Positions 38,040-51,250 of a stretch of 64,000 nucleotides of DNA are shown one piece after another. Position numbers and translations under genes: made by a program. Location: contig NC_058368.1 of assembly GCF_018350175.1 (NCBI RefSeq), positions 157,792,001 through 157,856,000 of the forward strand, read 5' to 3'. The stretch is from Felis catus (Eukaryota). A model generated the notes under the pieces. The model was not told the DNA's origin. It did not search any database and was given only the letters and a program-made list of their open reading frames with translations. Positions within the stretch are counted from its first letter, which is position 1. Each line of letters opens with the position of its first letter.

Positions 38040-39274
38040 AACACTTATGTGTAAAGGGATATTATAGGGATAATAGTTTGAGTAATAAAATTGTATGCAA
38101 CTTATACCTTAAAGCACATGGGGAACACACTAGATAGTAAAGGATCTTAAGTGGGAATCTAAAAATAAATGGTTGAAAAAGTTTGTTTATCTTGCTGTTG
38201 AAGAGGGGAGGACATTGAGTTTACCTGAAAAACAGGAAAGTAAAATTAGATATGTTTAACACTTTTCTGAAAAGTTTTATTGATGAGTTATGGCATAACC
38301 ATTATTTTTTCTCTATATCTAAAGTGATTTTCCTAGGGGTCTGTTGTAATATCTGACTATTTGCAGACCTAACAGAAACAATAGTAAAATAAAACAACTT
38401 ATTACTTAAAGATAGGCATATAATTAGTAAATATCATTAATGAGAAATAAGTTGGCTAAACTAAGAATTTTATACTTAAAGAGTTGTTCTATAACATGAA
38501 TCTCTTCAAGGAAAAAAAATTAGTTTCCCCTCCCTCCTCCTTCCTCTTCCCATTCCCCTTTCTTTTTCTTTGAATTTCTATAGCTCTTCAGTTAATACTT
38601 ACTGTAACTATTTACTTTAGCAGCCCTCTGAGGAAGGTCAAACTCCCAATGTGGCATTAAGTATAATTACTTTCTGACCAACCTCTATTCTTACCTGTCC
38701 TCAGGTATTCTCACCTTGTACTTCTCAAACAGGGAAAAAATAAAAAAAATACCATGAGAATGGGCATTTCTGAACCTGTAGAAATTCTTAGCAAAAGGCT
38801 GCAACTGCGCATTTGCTGTACTGTCTGGGAAACAGCAGACACCCTGTCCAAGAGCAGAAACATTATAACCTTTGTGACAATGAGCAGTAAGCACTCTTTA
38901 AACCATAGTCATCCTTTTGGCAATGATAATTGGAGGGGAAAATTTTTTTCTTTTTTTTTTTTTTTTTGGATTTTAAGAATCTACTTTATTGCAAATAGTA
39001 AGTGGTGTATTCAACTTTTCCAGCTTCTTGTTCTCTAGGTTTAACAGCCCCCCCCCCCAACCCTTGCTTTTGCCTAACAGCCATCTTGGCAACTCCTCCC
39101 TGAAATCATTTCCTGTCATGACATTTTTAGAAACCAAAATAACAGCATTTACAATGTAACAGCTAAATATTCCCATAGAGTATCTGGATAAAACAAGCAT
39201 TTTTGCACAGTAGTTTGGAACACACCATTGAGTATGTATTCAGACAGAACCTTTTCTGGGTGTTCACAGTTTCT

Positions 39275-39350
39275 GGCTAACCAATAGGCTGATTGCATCA
39301 TTGTTTGTTGTTGCTCTGTAATCACATCTGGCACTCACAGCTGGCAACAT
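39275..39350. promoter_or_regulatory. Candidate enhancer: motif cluster in non-repetitive DNA
   Basis: CCAAT at 39281, ATTGCATCA (C/EBP-ATF) at 39292-39300, CATTGT (SOX), E-boxes CATCTG and CAGCTG each overlapping TGGCA. Confidence 0.3.
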
Positions 39351-40089
39351 TCTGGCTTCCAAAGTTTTCTCGTGTAGTATCTTGTTTTAATTTCGGAATA
39401 CATATTTATTTGGTGATGGAGTGCTTTTAATAATAGTGGGTGGCTGTGTAACTCTCAGAAAAATGAAGCACAGATATGTGTAATATCACACGGAAGTATG
39501 AGACACAAATGGAATGTCATTTGGACAAATTCAATACATTTTGAATTCTTTGAATTTTTTAAGAATATGATCACTTGTGCTTTTTATAATAGAATTATTT
39601 ATTTAGCCTTTTACATCGTTAATTTTGCATTTTAAATTTAGTGCAGCATAAACTCAGAGTTGTGCTGGGAAAATATTCAGTGTCTGCAGATAGTTAGTGT
39701 TCTTAAACCACAATGACAAAATCTCAAAAATAGATGTAGTCCCATCACAGTTAAATTGAATGACTCAGTGTCTGGACCACTTAGAAGGATTTTTGTTTTT
39801 ATTTTTTTGTTTTTTTCTAGCTAGGGAAGAGGAGAGACTGTTCACTTTAGAATTTTGGAATCGTGGATGGAGGATGTTTGTTTTGCTTTGTTTTAGAGAT
39901 GACAGAGAATGCTATCACAGGGATTTGGTAAAAACTGACACCTCTTAAAATATGTAAAGTAGAATTCAGGTCACTTGTTTTTCATGACATTTTATTTTCA
40001 AAAGTTACTCATTAGTCTAGAGCCACACCCGAGAGATCAGTTTACCCAACTTTCACATTTATAGGCAGAGTCGTGAGGCTCCTTTGTCT

Positions 40090-40530
40090 GTTTCCCTTTA
40101 TAGAGGCTGGATAAGCCAGATACTCACTTTCCCAGATTCTCTCATATATAAAGGTGGCCATTTGACCAATTTTTAGGCAACAATATATAAGGGATAATCG
40201 GCTGGATTATTTCAGGGAAAAAATTCCATTTGATTATTTAAAAGACAAAGTAGACATATAAAAATCTTATTTTTCAATGGGAGTGTGATACCTGGAACTT
40301 GGCAGCCATCTTGAGACTATGAGATGGCAAGACTAAGGATAGAAAGACAATAGAGTAGGAGGATGGAAAGAGTTTGGATCTTTGATAATTGGAACCAGCC
40401 ACTATACCAAATTAGTATTTCTGTATCAATATCTTTTCCTCTTGCATGAGACAATTAATTCTTTGTTTCTTAAGCCACTTTTGGTCAGTTTTCCTGTTAA
40501 TCATATCTCTGTACACTCCTAATTATTACA
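40090..40530 (+). mobile_element. Old MaLR LTR (MLT1J/K-like)
   Basis: gtgatacctggaacttggcagccatcttgagactatgag...ttaagccacttttggtcagttttc. Confidence 0.65.
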
Positions 40531-40688
40531 CCCTGAGAAATTAATTAATCTGCTTAAGTTTGTAACAGAACATAGTAGCACAGTCTTGATTGGAATTTGG
40601 GTCTTCTAATTTCTTGTTTAATATCTTTTCCTTACTTCTACCCTGTTAGTCTCCACATGAACAAATGAGCTATTGTCTTGATTAAACC

Positions 40689-40781
40689 TGTTTTTAAATG
40701 TGTTCAGTAAATTTAAAATGTGTTTTAAATTAAAATGTGTTTTAAACTTAAAATGTGTTTTTAAATGTGTTCAGTAAATTT
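40689..40781. repeat. Local duplication or short tandem array
   Basis: 26-bp direct repeat flanking two 17-18 bp related units. Confidence 0.85.
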
Positions 40782-42239
40782 TATTTGTCCTTTAGACTAT
40801 TATCTGCATTTGCAATCCCTTTAGCTAAAGGAAATTTCACAAATCTTATAAACCATCTTTGCATAGATGGGCATGACAGAATAAGATCGGGATTATGGGA
40901 TGATTCATTTCTATATTAAAAGTCTGGATTTGAGAAGAGGTAACTATTCTGAGTCACATTAATACTAATAGAATTTGCAACATGCTTGCAAAGTTGGATG
41001 TATTTCAAAACTCAAATTCTTATCCTGAAGATTGTTTTAAGGAACAACTAGATAAAATTATATCAAAATGGAAAAATATGAGCAAATATTTAATGAAAAT
41101 TTAAAAGTGTCCATTGGAAAAACATACATGATTTCCATGGCAATAGCAACAGAATAAAGATAATGAAGCTTGGAGAAGCAGAGAGATACAAATGTTAAAT
41201 CATGATACATTCCTGAGTCCCATAACCATGGTAGTATTATAGTATAGTTGCTTTATATAAACGTTTGATAAAATTAAATTAGAGGATTCTAAATGTATTG
41301 AATATTTCGTGCAGTGTGCAAAATAGTTCACAGTGAACATTATGCATGATTATTTTGTATTGTGTTTTGAAGGGAAGGAATAATGTTTCAACATAAGTTG
41401 CCATTTTTCACATAGGTAATCTATTCACTGAATTAGGAGACATTTCTTCTTCACACAATGTAGGAAATATAAAGGGGAAAAACTGGGTTCAAAATTATTT
41501 CTCTCATAAAGTTACTTTGACAGGTCATCAGTAAATTCTTCTTTTATCCTTACCTATGTTCCTTCTATTATAGAATAATAATATCTTTTGGATCCTTCTT
41601 CGAACCTGGACATGGAGAACGGTTGATCAATCATCTTTGGCATTTGGCCATTGGGCCTGAGAGATAGCCATCATCAGTAGAGTGCCAGGGATGGTGACAA
41701 AGCAGATAGTTACTTGTGCTTAGACATAGCTCTCTACTATCTGAAGAAAAATAAACCTCCCTTTCTCACAGTGACAAATGAAGGATCAAGCCTGCATAGT
41801 TCCAAGCCTTTACTTCTTGTATAGCGTGAAATAACTCCATTCTGTCTCACCAATGCCCTGGAGTATGAGAGCAGGAGTTGGGGTTCTTGACTTTTTGCTT
41901 ATGGCTGACAGCTGTCAGAGCTGCTATATTCAAGTGTCCCCCACAGTTGCCCTGTGCTGAGGCACAAAGTCTTCCTTTGACTGCTCAATAATCCAGGTTT
42001 TTACCTACCCTTGAAGTTCCTTTAGGCCTACCATGACTTTGCAGTTCTTTCTTTATTGGTACTATCTATTTTTTGTCAATGTATTTATAGTTAGAGTTAA
42101 TGCCTAGGAACTATCCCATAATCCTAGTAATTACTATCTGTAAAATTAAGTAATTGAAATGTTTTCTCGTAATAGCTCTCTAATCATATCGCTTTAAATC
42201 TCTCTTCCCATTCAATCACATCTGTAAACATCATCATGG

Positions 42240-43362
42240 TAATAAAGCTTAGAAGAATATACAGAAGTAAATCTCCATGATCTTGGGTTAGGAAATGATT
42301 TCTTAGATGCAACAGGAAAAGCACAAGTAATAAAAGACTATTAACTTGGGCTTCATCAAAATTAAAAAACTTTTGTGCGTCAAAGGACGCCAGCAGGAAG
42401 GTGTAAAGACAGTCTGCAGACTGGGAAAAAAATTGCAAATCATATATTTGAAAATAAATCCAGACTCTATAAAGAACTGTTACAACTCCATAATAAAATG
42501 ACAATCCAATTTTAAAATGGGCAAAGAATAAGAATAGATATTTCTTTTAAAAAGATACAAATTACCAAAAAGTACGGGAAACGATGCCCAACATCTTTAG
42601 CCATTAGGGAAATGGAAATCAAAACCACAATGAGATACTACATATTTACTACAATAGTTATAATGAAAAAGACAATAACAAGTGCTGTTAAAGATGTGGA
42701 GAAATTGGAATGCTCATTTATTGTTGGTAGGAATGTAAAATGGTACAGCCTCACTTTAGCAACTCCTCAGTGTTAAACATCGAGTCACCAAACGACCCAG
42801 AAATTCTATACCTAGGTATGTATATACCCAAGAGAACTGAAAATATATGGCTAAAGAGAAACTTGTACATGGATGTTCACAGTAGTATTATTCATAATAG
42901 CCAAAAACTAGAAACCGCCTAAATGTTCATCAACTGATGAAGCGATAGACATAATGTTATATACCCATATCATGGAATATTATCTGGCCAAAAAAGGAAT
43001 GAAGAACTGATGGATGCTACAATTTGCATGAACTTCAAAGACATTATGCTGAGTGAAAGAAGTCAGTCACAAGAGACCACGTATTATAAGGTTAGATCTA
43101 TACAAACAACACAGAATAAATAAATGTATTAGAGACAAAAAGTAGATTAGTGGTTGACTAGGGTTTGTGGGACAGAGAGTGAGGATGAGAAGTGACTGCT
43201 AATGGGTGGAGGACTTCTTTTTGGGATGATAAAGATGTTTGTAAGTTAGATTATGGTGATGGTTGCACAGTTTTGTAAAAAACTCTGAGTACCATTGAAT
43301 TGTATACTTGAACACACTTCTACGGGTGAACTTTATGGTATAAATTATATCATAATAAAACC
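42240..43362 (+). mobile_element. L1MB-like 3' fragment
   Basis: ORF2 C-terminal remnant and 3' UTR (gattatggtgatggttgcacag...aattatatcataataaaa). Confidence 0.85.
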
Positions 43363-43976
43363 ATTAAGAATAATTATGATATAATAGCATACAAACAATG
43401 ACACTGGGTAAAACTTTATGATTTATCATATTCATTGTGGAGCAAAAAATGATTGGATTTAAATAAAAGCACTTAAAAAAAAGCCAAAAAAAGCTCCATA
43501 TTGAATTTTGGCATTTCCCAGATTTAGATGCTGTCACTAAGGCACCGGATGTCAGAACAAAGGAAATTACCAGGAGGTTACGTAAAATAAGAACCTGGTG
43601 CAGGGAGGGCGCTAATCTTAATTACAAGTGGTGCCTAAGCTGTTTTCCTTGATCAGGATTGGATGGAGAGATGAGAGGGATACCAATTGAGCCATTATGC
43701 TTTAAAGAAAACTTGGTTTATGTTGGTGGTAAAAAGATTAGAAAATCAGAGACCACAACCTCGGGTGCACACTTATTCTAGACAAGTGCCTCTCATAGTA
43801 TGAGCTGCGGTCAATTCCTATCAGCATTTTGAGGGAAGAGTACTCATTAAAAATGAAAATTTGTCAATCCCACACTAGAACTATATGAATCAATATCTCA
43901 GGAGAATGAGGGTGGCAAAAGATTGAAGCAATGTACCATTTTAATATTGTCACCATATGATTCTTCCCACCTCCCC

Positions 43977-44120
43977 ATTTTATTGAAGTATAATTAACAA
44001 ATAAAAATTGTATATATTTAAGGATCATGAATTGGATTTGACATTTTGATATGCACATACATTTTGAAATAATTGCCACAATCAAGCTAATTAACATATC
44101 CATCACCTCCCATAGTTATC
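43977..44120 (-). mobile_element. L1MA-like 3' terminal fragment
   Basis: ccacaatcaagctaattaacatatccatcacctcccatagtta. Confidence 0.75.
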
Positions 44121-44132
44121 TAGGTGATTCTT

Positions 44133-44328
44133 TTTTTTGGTTTTGTTTTTGTTTTGAGAAAGATGGAGTGTGAGTGGAGGAGGTGCAAAGAGAGAGGGAG
44201 ACAGAGGATCTGAAGTGGACTCTGCACTGACAGCAGCAAGCCCAATGTGAGGCTGCAACTCACCAACCATGAGATCATGACCTGAGCTAAAGTTGGACAC
44301 TTAACCAACTGAGCCACCCAGGGACCCC
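44133..44328 (-). mobile_element. CanSINE
   Basis: Degenerate TSD TCTAGGTGATTCTT / TCTAGGTTATCTT. Confidence 0.9.
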
Positions 44329-45619
44329 TGTCTAGGTTATCTTAAGCAACTAAATTTGAGAACACCCAAATTTGACTGAATTTTTATGATTTCTGTTCTA
44401 CAAACTTCCTAGAAAATAACAAAACTTATTTGTTTTTCTCAAGGCTTGATTGTAATATTAAATGAAAATAGTTTAACTTATCTAAAATATCTAAATTAAA
44501 AAGTAGATAAATGGTTATGGCCCAAGATTATCTATGTTTGCACTATAAATTACCACTATAAAAATAGGTTATATATGATGGTTCCATATAGTTGAAAGAG
44601 GGTGTTTTGTACTTAATTTTGGTATGTTATGGGTTAGTGTGGGAATTTACCATTTACAATAATATTTCCATTAGAAAAAGGTTTTCATGTTTATGATAAT
44701 CTACTTAATGAATATGTAACTATTCATGAGTAAAAGATAATCTTTTGGGAAAAGAGCTGTCTAGAGTTTGTCTCTGTCTTTAGTAAAATTATCCCAAATT
44801 GGTTAGATAAACAAATAACAATAAACTAGGAAATTACCATGGATTTGCATTTTTAAGAAGTTGCTTGAAGTATTTACAGTTAATTTTGACTATTGGCCTT
44901 AGGTCCTACAAAAACAGCTAATTGTACTAATAGATAGTAGGTATTCATTATGTGCTGCTTCATCAAGTGAGATGACTTTAAAATTCCTGTTAGTAGTTGA
45001 AATTCATTTTTTAAAGTAGTGATTTATTTATTTTTCCTGTTTGATTTTATCAGCTAAGATTTATAGTATAATATAGAACTAAAGTTTGAAAAATGATTAA
45101 AAAGAAGTGATATTGTACTACTCCACAATTAATATGTTTGTTTGAAAGAAAATCCATGGGAATCAATCTGCAGACAAGGACATTTGGAAAATCCAAAAAT
45201 ATTTGTAGATAAGAGAACCTTTAGAATATGTTTTCTTTTTTTTCTAATAAAGTATAATTAACAAATAGTGTTATATTAGTTTCTGGTATACAATATAATT
45301 CAACAGTGCTATACCTTACTCAGTGCTCATCATGAGATGTGTACTCTTAATCCCCTTTATCTATTTCACCCATCCTCCCATGACCTCCCCTCTGGCAACC
45401 ACCAGTATGTTTTTTGTATTTAAGAATTTCTTTTCATTTTTTTCTTTTTTTTCTTTTTATGTTCATTTGTTTTGTTTCTTAAATTCCACATAGGCTGAAA
45501 TCATGTGGTGTTTGTTGTTCTCTGTCTGACTCATTTCACTTAGCATTATATCCTCTAGGTCCATCCATGTCATTACCAATGGGCACATTTCATTATTTTT
45601 TATGGCTGAGTAATGTTCC

Positions 45620-45621
<2 letters not shown>

Positions 45622-45668
<47 letters not shown>
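45622..45668. repeat. (TG)n microsatellite
   Basis: Direct reading. Confidence 0.95.
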
Positions 45669-45670
<2 letters not shown>

Positions 45671-46960
45671 CACATATTCCTTATCCATTCATATATAGAT
45701 GGATACTTGTGTTGTTTCCATAACTTGGCTATTATAAATAACGCTGCAGTAAATATAAGGGTGCATGTATCTTTTCCAGGTTGTATTTTCATTTTCTTTG
45801 GATGAATACTCAGTAGTGGAATTACTGAATCATATGGTAATTCTGTTTTTAATTTTTGAAGAAACTCCAAACTTTTCCACGGTAGTTACATCAATTTGCA
45901 TTCCCACTGACAGTGCACAAGGGTGCCTTTTTCTCTACATCCTTACCAACACTTGTTATTTCTTGTCTTTTTGATTCTAGCCATTCTGACAGGTGTAAAC
46001 TGATAACTCATTTTGGTTTTGATTTGTATTTCCCTGATGGTAAGTGATGCTGATCATCTTTTCCTGTGTTTGTTGGCCATGTGTGTCTTCTTTGGAAAAA
46101 TGTCTATTCAGGTCTGCCCATTTTTTAATAAGATTATTCATTTTTTTGATGTTGAGTTGTATGAGTTTTTTTATATGTATTTTAGATATTGACCTCTTCT
46201 CAGTTGTATCATTTACAAATATCTTCTCCCATTCAGTAGGTAGCCTTGTCATTTTGTTAATTTCGTTCACTATGTGAAAGCTTTTTAGGTTGGTGTAGTC
46301 CCAACATTTTATTTTTATTTTTGTTTCCCCTGCTTGAGGAGACATATGGAGAAAAATGTTGCTACAGCTAATGTCAAATAAATTACTGCCTATGTTATTT
46401 TCCAGGAGTTTTATGGTTTCATGTCTCACATTTAGGTCTTTAACTCATTTTGACTTTATTTTTGTGTATGGTATAAGAATGTGGTTCAGTTTCATGCTTT
46501 TGCATATAACTATCCAGTTTCCCCACCACCATTTGTTGAAGAGATTTTCTTTTCCCCATTGTATCTTCTTTCGTCCTTTGTCATAGATTAATTTATCATA
46601 TGAGCCTGGGTTTATTTCTACGTTCTCTGTTTGTTCCATTGATCTATGTGTCTTTTTTTTGTGTGTGTGCCAGTACCATACTGTTTTGCTTATTGTAGTT
46701 TTGTAGTATATCTTGATATCTGGGATTGTGGTACCTCTAAATTTGTTATTCTTTCTCATGGCTTTAGCTATTCAGGGTCTTTTGTGGTTCCATACAAATT
46801 TTAGGATTATGTGTTCTAGTTCTGTGAAAAATTCTTTGGTATTTTGAAAGGGATTGCATTAAATGTGTAGATTGTTTAGGTAGTATGGACATTTCAATAA
46901 TCTTTTCTTCCACTCTGTGAGCATGGAACATCTTTATTTATTAGTCTCATCTTAATTTTC

Positions 46961-47166
46961 TTTTTTTTTAAGTTTATATATTTATTTTGAGAGAGAGCAA
47001 GAGAGAAAGCAGAGGAGGGGCAGAAAAAGAGGGAGAGAGAGAATCCCAAGTAGGCCCCGTGCTGTCAGCACAGAGCCTGATGTGGACTCGATCTCAGGAA
47101 CTGTGGGATCATGACCTAAGCCAAAATCAGAGCCAGATGCTTAACTGACTAGGCCACCCAGGTGCC
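46961..47166 (-). mobile_element. CanSINE in L1
   Basis: SINE body; host L1 is continuous across it. Confidence 0.9.
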
Positions 47167-47352
47167 TTTCAATTTCTTTCATCAATGTTTTATAGGTTTT
47201 GGGTACAGGTCTTTCACCTTCTTGGTTAAATTTATTTCTAGGTGTTTTTTTCTGGTGCAATTGTAAATGGTATTCTTAATTATAAATGTGTTCTCTTAAT
47301 TTCTCTTTCTGCTACTTTATTATTAGTGTATGGAAATGCAACAGATTTCTAC

Positions 47353-47575
47353 ATTTTTTTTAAATCTTTTTTTTAATGCTTATTTATTTTTGAGAGAGAG
47401 ACACAGTGTGAGAGTGGGGGAGGAGCAGAGAAAGAGGGAGACACAGAATCCAAAGCAGGCTCCAGGCTCTGTGCTGTTAGCACAGAGTTCTATGCAGGGC
47501 TCAAACTCACAAACAGCAAGATCATGAACTGAGCCAAGGTTAGATGCTTAACTGAATAAGCCACCCAGGTACCCC
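47353..47575 (-). mobile_element. CanSINE without TSD at an L1 deletion junction
   Basis: SINE body; its flanks map about 1.3 kb apart in L1. Confidence 0.9.
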
Positions 47576-47683
47576 TGCTATAAACTTCTGTCATAGAACC
47601 ACTGGTGCTGCATTACAAAGACTTTTGAGTGTTTTCATTTTCATTTGTCTCCATGCATTTTTTAATTTCCTTTTTGGATTCTT

Positions 47684-47894
47684 TTTTTTTTTTTTTTTGA
47701 GAGAGAGAGAGAGAGAGAGAGCGAGCGCATGAGTTGGGGAGGGGCAGAGAAAGGAAGAGAGAGAGAAACCCAAGCAGGTTCCACACTGCCAGCACAGAGC
47801 CTGATGTGGGGCTCAAGCTCATGAGCCATGGGATTAATACTGGAGCTGAAATCAAGATCCAGACACTTAACAGACTGAGCCACCCAGACGCCCC
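47684..47894 (-). mobile_element. CanSINE in L1
   Basis: TSD TCCTTTTTGGATTCTT / TCCTTTTTGAATTCTT. Confidence 0.93.
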
Positions 47895-48789
47895 TCCTTT
47901 TTGAATTCTTAATTGACTCATTCATAGTTTAGTAGCACGTTATTTAGCCTGCATATATTTATTTACTTTCCAGACTTTTTCTTGTGATTAATTTTCAGTT
48001 TCATACTATTGTGGTCAGAAAAGATGAATGATATGATTTCAATGTTTTCAAATTTATTGACACTTGTTTTGTAGCCTAACATGTGATCTATTCTGGAAAA
48101 TGTTCTATGTGCACTTGAAAAGAATGTGTAATCTGCTGTTTTTTGATGAAATGTTCTGAATATATCTTTTAGGTCTATCTAGTCTAATGTGTCATTCAAA
48201 GCCACTGTTGTCCTTGTTGATTTTCTCTCTGGATGATCTATCCATTGATGTAAGTGGGGTATCAAAGTTCACCTATTTGTGTATTGCTGTCAATTTCTTC
48301 TTTTATGTCCGTTAATAGGTGCTTTATGTATTTTAGGTGCTCCCATGTTGGATGCATAGATTTTTATAATTGTTATATCCTCTTGTTGGATTATTCCTTT
48401 TATCATTATGTAGTGTCCTTTTTGTCTCTTGTTACAGTCTTTGTTTTAAAGTCTATTTTGTCTGACATTAGTATTGCTACCCCAACTTTCTTTTTGCTTC
48501 CATTTGCACAGTGTATGTTTTTCCATCCCTTCACTTTCAAGCTGTGTGTGTCTTTAGGTCTGAAATAAGTCTCTTGTAGGCAGTATATAGATGGGTATGG
48601 CTTATTAACCCATTCAGTCATCCTATGTCTTTTGATTGGAGCATTTAGTCTATTTACATTTGAAGTAATTATCAATAGGTATGCATTTATTGCCATTTTG
48701 TTCTTTGTTTTATGATTGTTTTTATAGTTTTCTTTTCCTTTCTTCTTCTCTTGTTCTCTTCCCTTGTGGTTTAATGGCATTTTAAATAG

Positions 48790-49960
48790 TGTTCAGCTGA
48801 TTTTCTGAATACAAAATTAACAAAGAAATTCAATATTGAAGAAGCTCAGTAGAGGGGTGCCTGGGTGGCTCAGTCGATTGAACACCCAGCTTTGGCCCAG
48901 GTCATGATCTGTCAGTTCACAAGTTTGAGCCCTGCATTGGGCTCTGTGCTGACAGCTCAGAGCCTGGAGTCTCCTTCAGATTCTGTCTCTCTCTCTCTCT
49001 CTCTGCCTTTCCTCCACTCCTCTCTCTCTCTCAAAAATAAATTTAAAAAAACATTAAAAAAAGTTCAGTAGAGTTTGTATGTAATAGGACGACCTTGTAT
49101 AAATGCAATATAGAAAATGGTATAACTGAAAAGAGCAACAAGCTAAGACAGGGAGAGAGGGGAGTAGTGTAGAGAGAGGTAGAGAAGGTATAAGATGCCT
49201 AGGAAAAAAACTGTCACAAAAACTTTTCCTTTCTTCATGCATGAAATTATGAAACTTTATTTAAAGTCATAGAAGAAATGATTTAAACATTTGCAGAGAC
49301 ATACCATGTTCATAAATAGGAAGACTCCTAAAAGTATTAAATCTCTCCAATTTATCTAAAACTTCAATGCCATCTCAATCAAAATTCCTAGAGGGCTTTT
49401 AAAATAATTTTATAAAACTGTAGTAAAGTGTAGCAAAGCAGTTATGTATATTACAGAAGTGCTTCTGTATGTGTACATAGGTACCCATTGCTTAGAATAG
49501 TAAAAAATGAGAAACAACCTATTGTTCACTGGTTATTGAATGGATAAGTTAACTGAAGGTTATTATTATTTGACAATTAAAATGAAGCACTTACATCAAT
49601 CTGTATGTGTCAATATGAATAGATTTGAAAAAAAATATTCAATAAAAAAGCAAATTACTAAAAGTTATGTATATATGATATAAAATATGTGGAACTTCAA
49701 AACCAAAATAGTACTGTATATTAATTTATGCATACACATGTAGTAAAATTATGCAGTCTTACATATAATTGATTCCTAAAAACTTCAGAACACCTCTGTG
49801 GAAAGAGGAGAGGGAAGGCATGTGGGTGGGATTAGAACTTTAGCTGTATTTGGAATACTTTATTAACAGAATAAATAAATATGAAGCAAATATGGACTAA
49901 TATTAACATCTGATAGGAGTAGCAAAAAATTAGCTTTTGTTATATTTGAAATATTTCAAA
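48790..49960 (+). mobile_element. Very old L1 (L1ME-like) fragments
   Basis: gagacataccatgttcataaataggaagactc...ttcaatgccatctcaatcaaaattcc ORF2 remnant, then a 3' UTR-like segment. Confidence 0.6.
48854..49060 (+). mobile_element. CanSINE
   Basis: TSD AAGCTCAGTAGA / AAGTTCAGTAGA. Confidence 0.93.
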
Positions 49961-50899
49961 CAACAAAAACAATAAAAATTGATTTGTAGAATTTTCAATA
50001 CTGATAAACTCTTAAATGAGGTGACATAAAGCCTCATATTTAATTTAGATCCTCTCATCAATATTTGTCATACCTAAAAGCTGGACAGATGGCAAATATA
50101 ATATTCTTTCTATTTGACAGATGGATGAACTGGAAGGTTTAATTACTTTCTCCTAGTTACATAATAAGTAGCTCTGGAAATTAAACATTTTGGTCAATAA
50201 CTTTGGGGTTTGGCCACCACACAGAATGTGAGAACACAATGCTTAGCCTTTATAGTTTCTACTATGAGATAACATAACATATTCACATATATGTTCTATT
50301 GCCTACTTAAAACAGGAGCCCTATATCTTCATGTGTAATCAGTCACTGTAGAACAGGAAAATACATTCTTAGAATTCTAGTTTTTCTCATGATTGCTATT
50401 ATAAATAAGCCTTTCCATTCTGACATATTTCAAATAAATGTAATTTATTAATCATTTCTATAAAGTTAGAGCTTTTGACATTAAAAAAAAGCCAAGAATA
50501 AATCATGTCTCTTGGCAGAGCATTTGATCTTCCTAGTCCAGAAATGGGTCTTTAGGGCAAGAGTGTCTGAATTATATTCAGGAGACATAAGTTTTATTCC
50601 CAAGTCTTACACTGGCTAACTCTGGCCTGTATCAACTTTCTGAATCTTCCAGGATCTGTAAAAGATTATGGAAGAAAGATATATCAGGTTGAGAGAACAA
50701 CATTAATCTTAAAATATATTACTTGTTTGGAGCAGGGCAAAGAGCCTGTTGGAGCTGGAAGGGCATGTTTATGGAAGACAAAAGTAGGAAATGAGACTGG
50801 GGAGGGTTTGGATTATACTCTGCAGCAATTGAAGATTTTTGAGTAACGGTGCAATGTTATCTTCATTATGCTTTCCTTGGGAATATTGTCATTGAGTAA

Positions 50900-51250
50900 T
50901 GGCAAGCAGCATATGAAAAAACCATACACTGTCAGGTCATCAAATAGAGATTTATTTTGCCTACAAAACACGAAATCAGGAGGTGGGAAGACCAAAGCGG
51001 TTCAGCATCTCCAGACAGTCATCAAAAACTGATTCCTTCTCGCTTCCTATTTCACCAGTCTTAGCTTGAGGTTTTTGTCCTTGTTCTCTCAGGATGGTTG
51101 TTCCCTGTCTAGGAAGAAAGAAAAGGAAAACTCAAAAGGTGAAAAGTTTGTTCCAACTGAACAGTAATGTAATGGCTTTGATGCAGGTTCCATCTAGTAG
51201 ACTTAGGCTTACATCTCATTAGCCAGAAGTGAATCACAGGAAGTCTGGGA
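50900..51250 (-). mobile_element. Old MaLR LTR remnant (MLT1-like)
   Basis: gcttacatctcattagccagaagtgaatcac motif. Confidence 0.45.

Larger units (their letters stand above)
45235..48780 (-). mobile_element. Older carnivore L1 with an internal deletion and three SINE inserts
   Basis: Runs from the 3' UTR to the ORF2 start (MAINAYLLIITSNVNRLNAPIKRHR in ORF 48406-48780); RT region missing. Confidence 0.9.

Noticed and set aside
40689..40781. Repeat-spacer-like pattern (possible CRISPR)
   Set aside because: There are only two repeats, the 'spacer' is made of the same motif, the context is mammalian and there are no cas genes.
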